Assembly: GCA_002633005.1 (NCBI GenBank)
Contig: NMRA01000324.1
Coordinates: 70,691 to 134,690 of the forward strand
From: Phoronis australis
Lineage: Eukaryota; Animalia; Phoronida
Reading direction: 5' to 3'
Length of the DNA: 64,000 nt
Both the position numbers and the translations under genes were made by a program. The notes under the pieces are model-generated. The model had not been told where the DNA came from, did no database searches, and saw only the letters and a list, made by a program, of their open reading frames with translations. Numbering within the stretch: the first letter of the stretch is position 1; each line of letters starts with the position of its first letter. Below are positions 60,001 through 64,000 of this stretch, piece by piece.

Positions 60001-62624
60001 GTTATTCTTTTTGTTCACGCGACATTGTTGCCGCTCACATTTGGTAATATTTCCATATTTGTTAGCTGGCTTGATGATACAAAATAAATTTTAATCCTTG
60101 GCTAGTCAGTGTTTAGGCTATGCAAACTTCAACAGTACCACCCTGATTTCCAGTGTAAAACCCGCAGTGCCAGCACAAATGCAAATCCGATTGTCTATTT
60201 TTTATTTGTAACAATTATTTTATCTCGACTTCGACAGAAAATATTTCACCATCCACAGAGCTCATTGTCATAGTCCTTGCTCCAAGCCGCCATTGTTGAA
60301 TCCTGTATGGCCGTGTCGTTTCAGACTTCGTGAAGAAGTGTTCGGCACATCACAGAACGCCCTTAACCAGCAGAAATCGATGGAGAATTTTGCGACACCA
60401 GTTCTATTTTTAATAATTTTACATTGATACAGGCTTGAGACATCTCCTCTTCCTTCGTTGCGTGTCTCTTTGACTTGCAGTGTACAGCCACTGCAGGGTT
60501 AAATCCCGATCTTGACATACCTATGCACCTTTCCAGATCGTTTTTGTGAACAGAATCGTAATTTCATCTTCATGAAATCCTTACACCTCTCATTCCAGTG
60601 TTGATAGTTATAATACAAGCAAAAAGTCTAGGATCAGAAAATTTTGAGCGTACCACCTCCGAAACCTACAAAGCACCAGATCCGTCATTCTGCCGCATCC
60701 AGGCACTCGCACAATGCAGTTCAGGCGGCAGCTGGCTGGTTTCGCCATTAGCGTCATGATAGGCCTTACTCGGGTACGACCAGTTATATATTCTGTATCC
60801 CACCTACAAAGGTCACTTTTGGAGACGGAGATTTTTCATCTTTAATTTGCTTGATGAGATAAGTTTCAACCTCGTTTAAAAAGCAAACAAACGAAACACT
60901 AAATTGCTGACGTTGGAGGGTGGGAGGCCGGGTACCTTTATGAAATGAGTGGTAACCTGGGGCATTTTGGAATGATCAGTGGTGGCCAAACGCAGAATTG
61001 AAATGAGCTTCGATCGGAACCGGGTTTTTTGCAGAGGACCACGTGTCCATTGTGCCCCCACACCCCTTATAGCTAATACGCCAATCAACATGCGTTTTTT
61101 TATCTTGGACTGCAAGCTTTTCTTGTACCAACAAATTTTGTCCTCATCAACTGTAGTTAATACGCTCATTGAGAAAAGGCGCGTGAAAGAAATAGTGTAA
61201 GCAACGACGCTGTACTGACAAGAAATGCGCATGCGCTGTACTGACACGAAATGCGCTCTACTGACAAGAAAAGATCGCAGTAAATTGGTGAGACTTGCAA
61301 ATCACACTAATTTTATTCTACTTTATGGACCAAGCTTTATGCATCACAAATTTTGCTCACCGACTTCACACCTGGTTTATGTACCGTTTGTCAACGACAT
61401 TGGCATTCAGATGTCGCGGCTACAGCACAAAGAATATGTTAATATCACACGAACGCCGCGTGTGAAGTGGAACAAACATATTATATCTACCTAGTGCTCT
61501 AAATGGACTTGTTTTTGTTCAGATCAAGATTCGCCATCCCTGGGGTACGAATGAAACAAATGTCTCATTCATTTACAAATTGTTTTTAATCGAGTCATTT
61601 TCCTGTTTTGCAAGCATTTGTATTTATTCGAAATGCTGAAACAATTCACAGTCCCAAAGCGATCTATTTAGATGAAACCTTACAAACGGGAATACGCAAT
61701 CAGTGAAAACGCCTTTATGTAGATTGTTTTTTAATCAATAGTATGATACAGTTTGTGTTGTACAAGTCATGCGAATGTATTTAGATAACAAGGCACGCCA
61801 TATTCATTGTTTGATTGACAGATGCGCACAGTCGTTTGAGGTGAGCCACTGACTCAGCGTAATTTGTTCCGATTGAAATGCACATCTAAAATTTTAAGGC
61901 GAGACGTGATTTCAAAGATATAAAGCCTCCTTCGAACTAATCTTTGTCATTTTGTAAGCATTGAACTGTCTGCAAAGGGGCTGCGCAAAACAAGCAATGT
62001 TTTAGTGAGATGAAAACAGGATTTCAAACACTCAAACACAGGAACGTCAAATATGACACGCAATAAGCCTAACCCGTTCCGAACGCCAATCTAACTGAAC
62101 GGCATTACTGATTTGGTACTGTGGTCCGAGTTATAAATGGCCGGTCCACTATCACAAAACTCACAAAATACGACCTATATGAAACTTGTCTCAATAACTT
62201 CCATTCGAGGTGTATTCAGGGCATATAAAATGAACCGTTCATCCATGCAAGATTCTAAGCTCTTCAAGTGGGCTTCTCACTCACGCCGTATGTGACCACC
62301 ATCGTCTTAATGAATATCCAACTGTTAAATTTTCTTACACACCCAAAAATCATCGTACTTTTTATCCCAGTGAGTAAAAGACGAGTTCAATTTTATAACG
62401 GTATCTTGTCCAAGTCAACAGTTCAAGGCTTGGACCAAACGCGGCGTTATATCATCGCTAGTACGAACCAAACTTACGTGTGACACCATTCAAGGTAGGG
62501 GCTACCAAATCTGCTAAAGAAAAAAGTTTACTGTGTAACAGCAGTAAAAAATACTATGATTAACTCTCTCATAGGAAAACTGACTGTGCTGTCTTCACTA
62601 TAGTAGTATAGTCGTAAGTATTTA

Positions 62625-63020
62625 GTAACTAGAGACTGGTAATATAGTACCTCGTTCAGCCAATTGACTAGAGACTAGTAATGCAGGAAACCGTCCAGCC
62701 AAATATTTATCTATTACAGACTTGTAATGTAGAACCTCGTCAAATATTTATTGACTAGAGACTAGTAATGTATGATCTCGTCCAGTCAGATATTTATTAC
62801 GTAGAGACTAGTAATGCAAGACCTGGTCCAGCCAAATACTTATTGACTAGAGACTAGTAATGCAAGACCTCGTCCAGCCAAATACAATTGACTAGAGACT
62901 AGTAATGCAAGACCTCGTCCAGCCAAATACAATTGACTAGAGACTAGTAATGCAAGACCTCGTCCAGCCAAATACAATTGACTAGAGACTAGTAATGCAA
63001 GACCTCGTCCAGCCAAATAT
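62625..63020. repeat. 45-bp minisatellite
   Basis: Unit gactagagactagtaatgcaagacctcgtccagccaaatacaatt. Confidence 0.93.
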
Positions 63021-63758
63021 CTACAAAACTATACCTTTTAACACAATATGTTTTCTGAAGATAGAAAGCTTGTAGAATTTTAGTTTTGACTTTATACCAA
63101 ACTGCAATTAATTGGCTTACATGGCATTTCTAGTAAAATTTAACAGGCATGTTGTCTCAAACTTTCACATTAACCCAATCCGTCATTTCTGAGACATTAC
63201 CTGTCTAATATCCCAAATTTGGAAAATTTTCGAAGGTCCTACAGTTAATAACTTTCAACACCAAACTCAACTACTATTTCTTTTTGCAAGGTTACTGTTG
63301 GCCAGAGGCCACTGCGAACAACCCCCTTAACACTTAAGACCATGGACCTATATTTGAAAAAATTATAACATTCCCTCATTAGTAAGCAGAGCTACAGAAG
63401 GTTCTCAAAGTGAACAAAGCCAGATCATTATCAGAAAATTTTGGGACCCGGCGAATATAGGAGTGATCACAGTATCTGATTCAATGTAAGTTCAGCCAGT
63501 CATTATAAAAAAGTGCTATCTTTGATCAAAAACCTATCAAGTTATTAAGTTGGCGATTTTCAGTATATGTTTCAGATTACAATATAGGAGGCATTTTTGT
63601 AGACATCCCTGCCAAGTACCTCACAACAATTATTTTTTTTTCTAGACTGACGATTCCTGACCAATAAGCATTTCATGCACAAAACAATGGCACCAAAAAG
63701 TTAGTCAAGACTAAAAATCAAGCTTTGTTTAATTTAACCTCGCAACTGGCACCCAATT

Positions 63759-63852
63759 TCAAATACAAACATCAATATCAAATACAAACATCAATATCAA
63801 ATACAAACATCAATATCAAATACAAACATCAATATCAAATACAAACATCAAT
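63759..63852. repeat. 19-bp minisatellite
   Basis: Unit tcaaatacaaacatcaata. Confidence 0.93.
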
Positions 63853-64000
63853 TCTAATACTTTTCCTGGGCATAAAACACTAGTCCCAAATAATTGTCCC
63901 CTTAGACAAGGCTGCCTCTAGATGTTGAGATGTCAACAATATTCCTGAGAACTCAGCTACAACTGACTCCATCATTCACTCCTTCAGTCTTCAAACTGCC

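Larger units (their letters stand above)
58150..60660. repeat. Diverged tandem duplication of ~1.3 kb containing tRNA-His (boundaries approximate)
   Basis: Shared blocks such as ccaaataaaaatacactcacgtgttagcccagagcaca (58585/59893), ccacagagctcattg (58984/60253) and tgaagaagtgttc. Confidence 0.85.

Overview
Eukaryotic (invertebrate metazoan, mollusc-like repeat landscape; taxon is inference) genomic DNA with assembly gaps. The + strand carries 16 recognisable exons of the peroxisomal AAA-ATPase gene PEX1 (6206-26950; the first exons were not found), with an apparent 8-nt frameshifting deletion just after the D2 Walker A motif. A convergent two-exon SoxB2 (Sox14/21-like) gene lies on the - strand (48222-49374), with an intron inside the HMG box. 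A tRNA-His(GTG) gene and a decayed copy sit in a ~1.3-kb tandem duplication near 58-60 kb. The rest is transposons and satellites: an internally deleted Kolobok element (TTAA TSD, ~155-bp TIRs, THAP-transposase and KolX/P2X7-ballast-like ORFs) nested in another MITE; several Helentron-type non-autonomous elements whose ~150-bp modules each carry a CTCF-like motif; a Penelope-like fragment with a hammerhead-like core; a LINE RNase H fragment; MITEs with 5-bp TSDs; and many minisatellites. Most long ORFs in the supplied track (e.g. 27.3-28.8 kb) are satellite artefacts. All family assignments come from motif recognition by eye, not from database searches.
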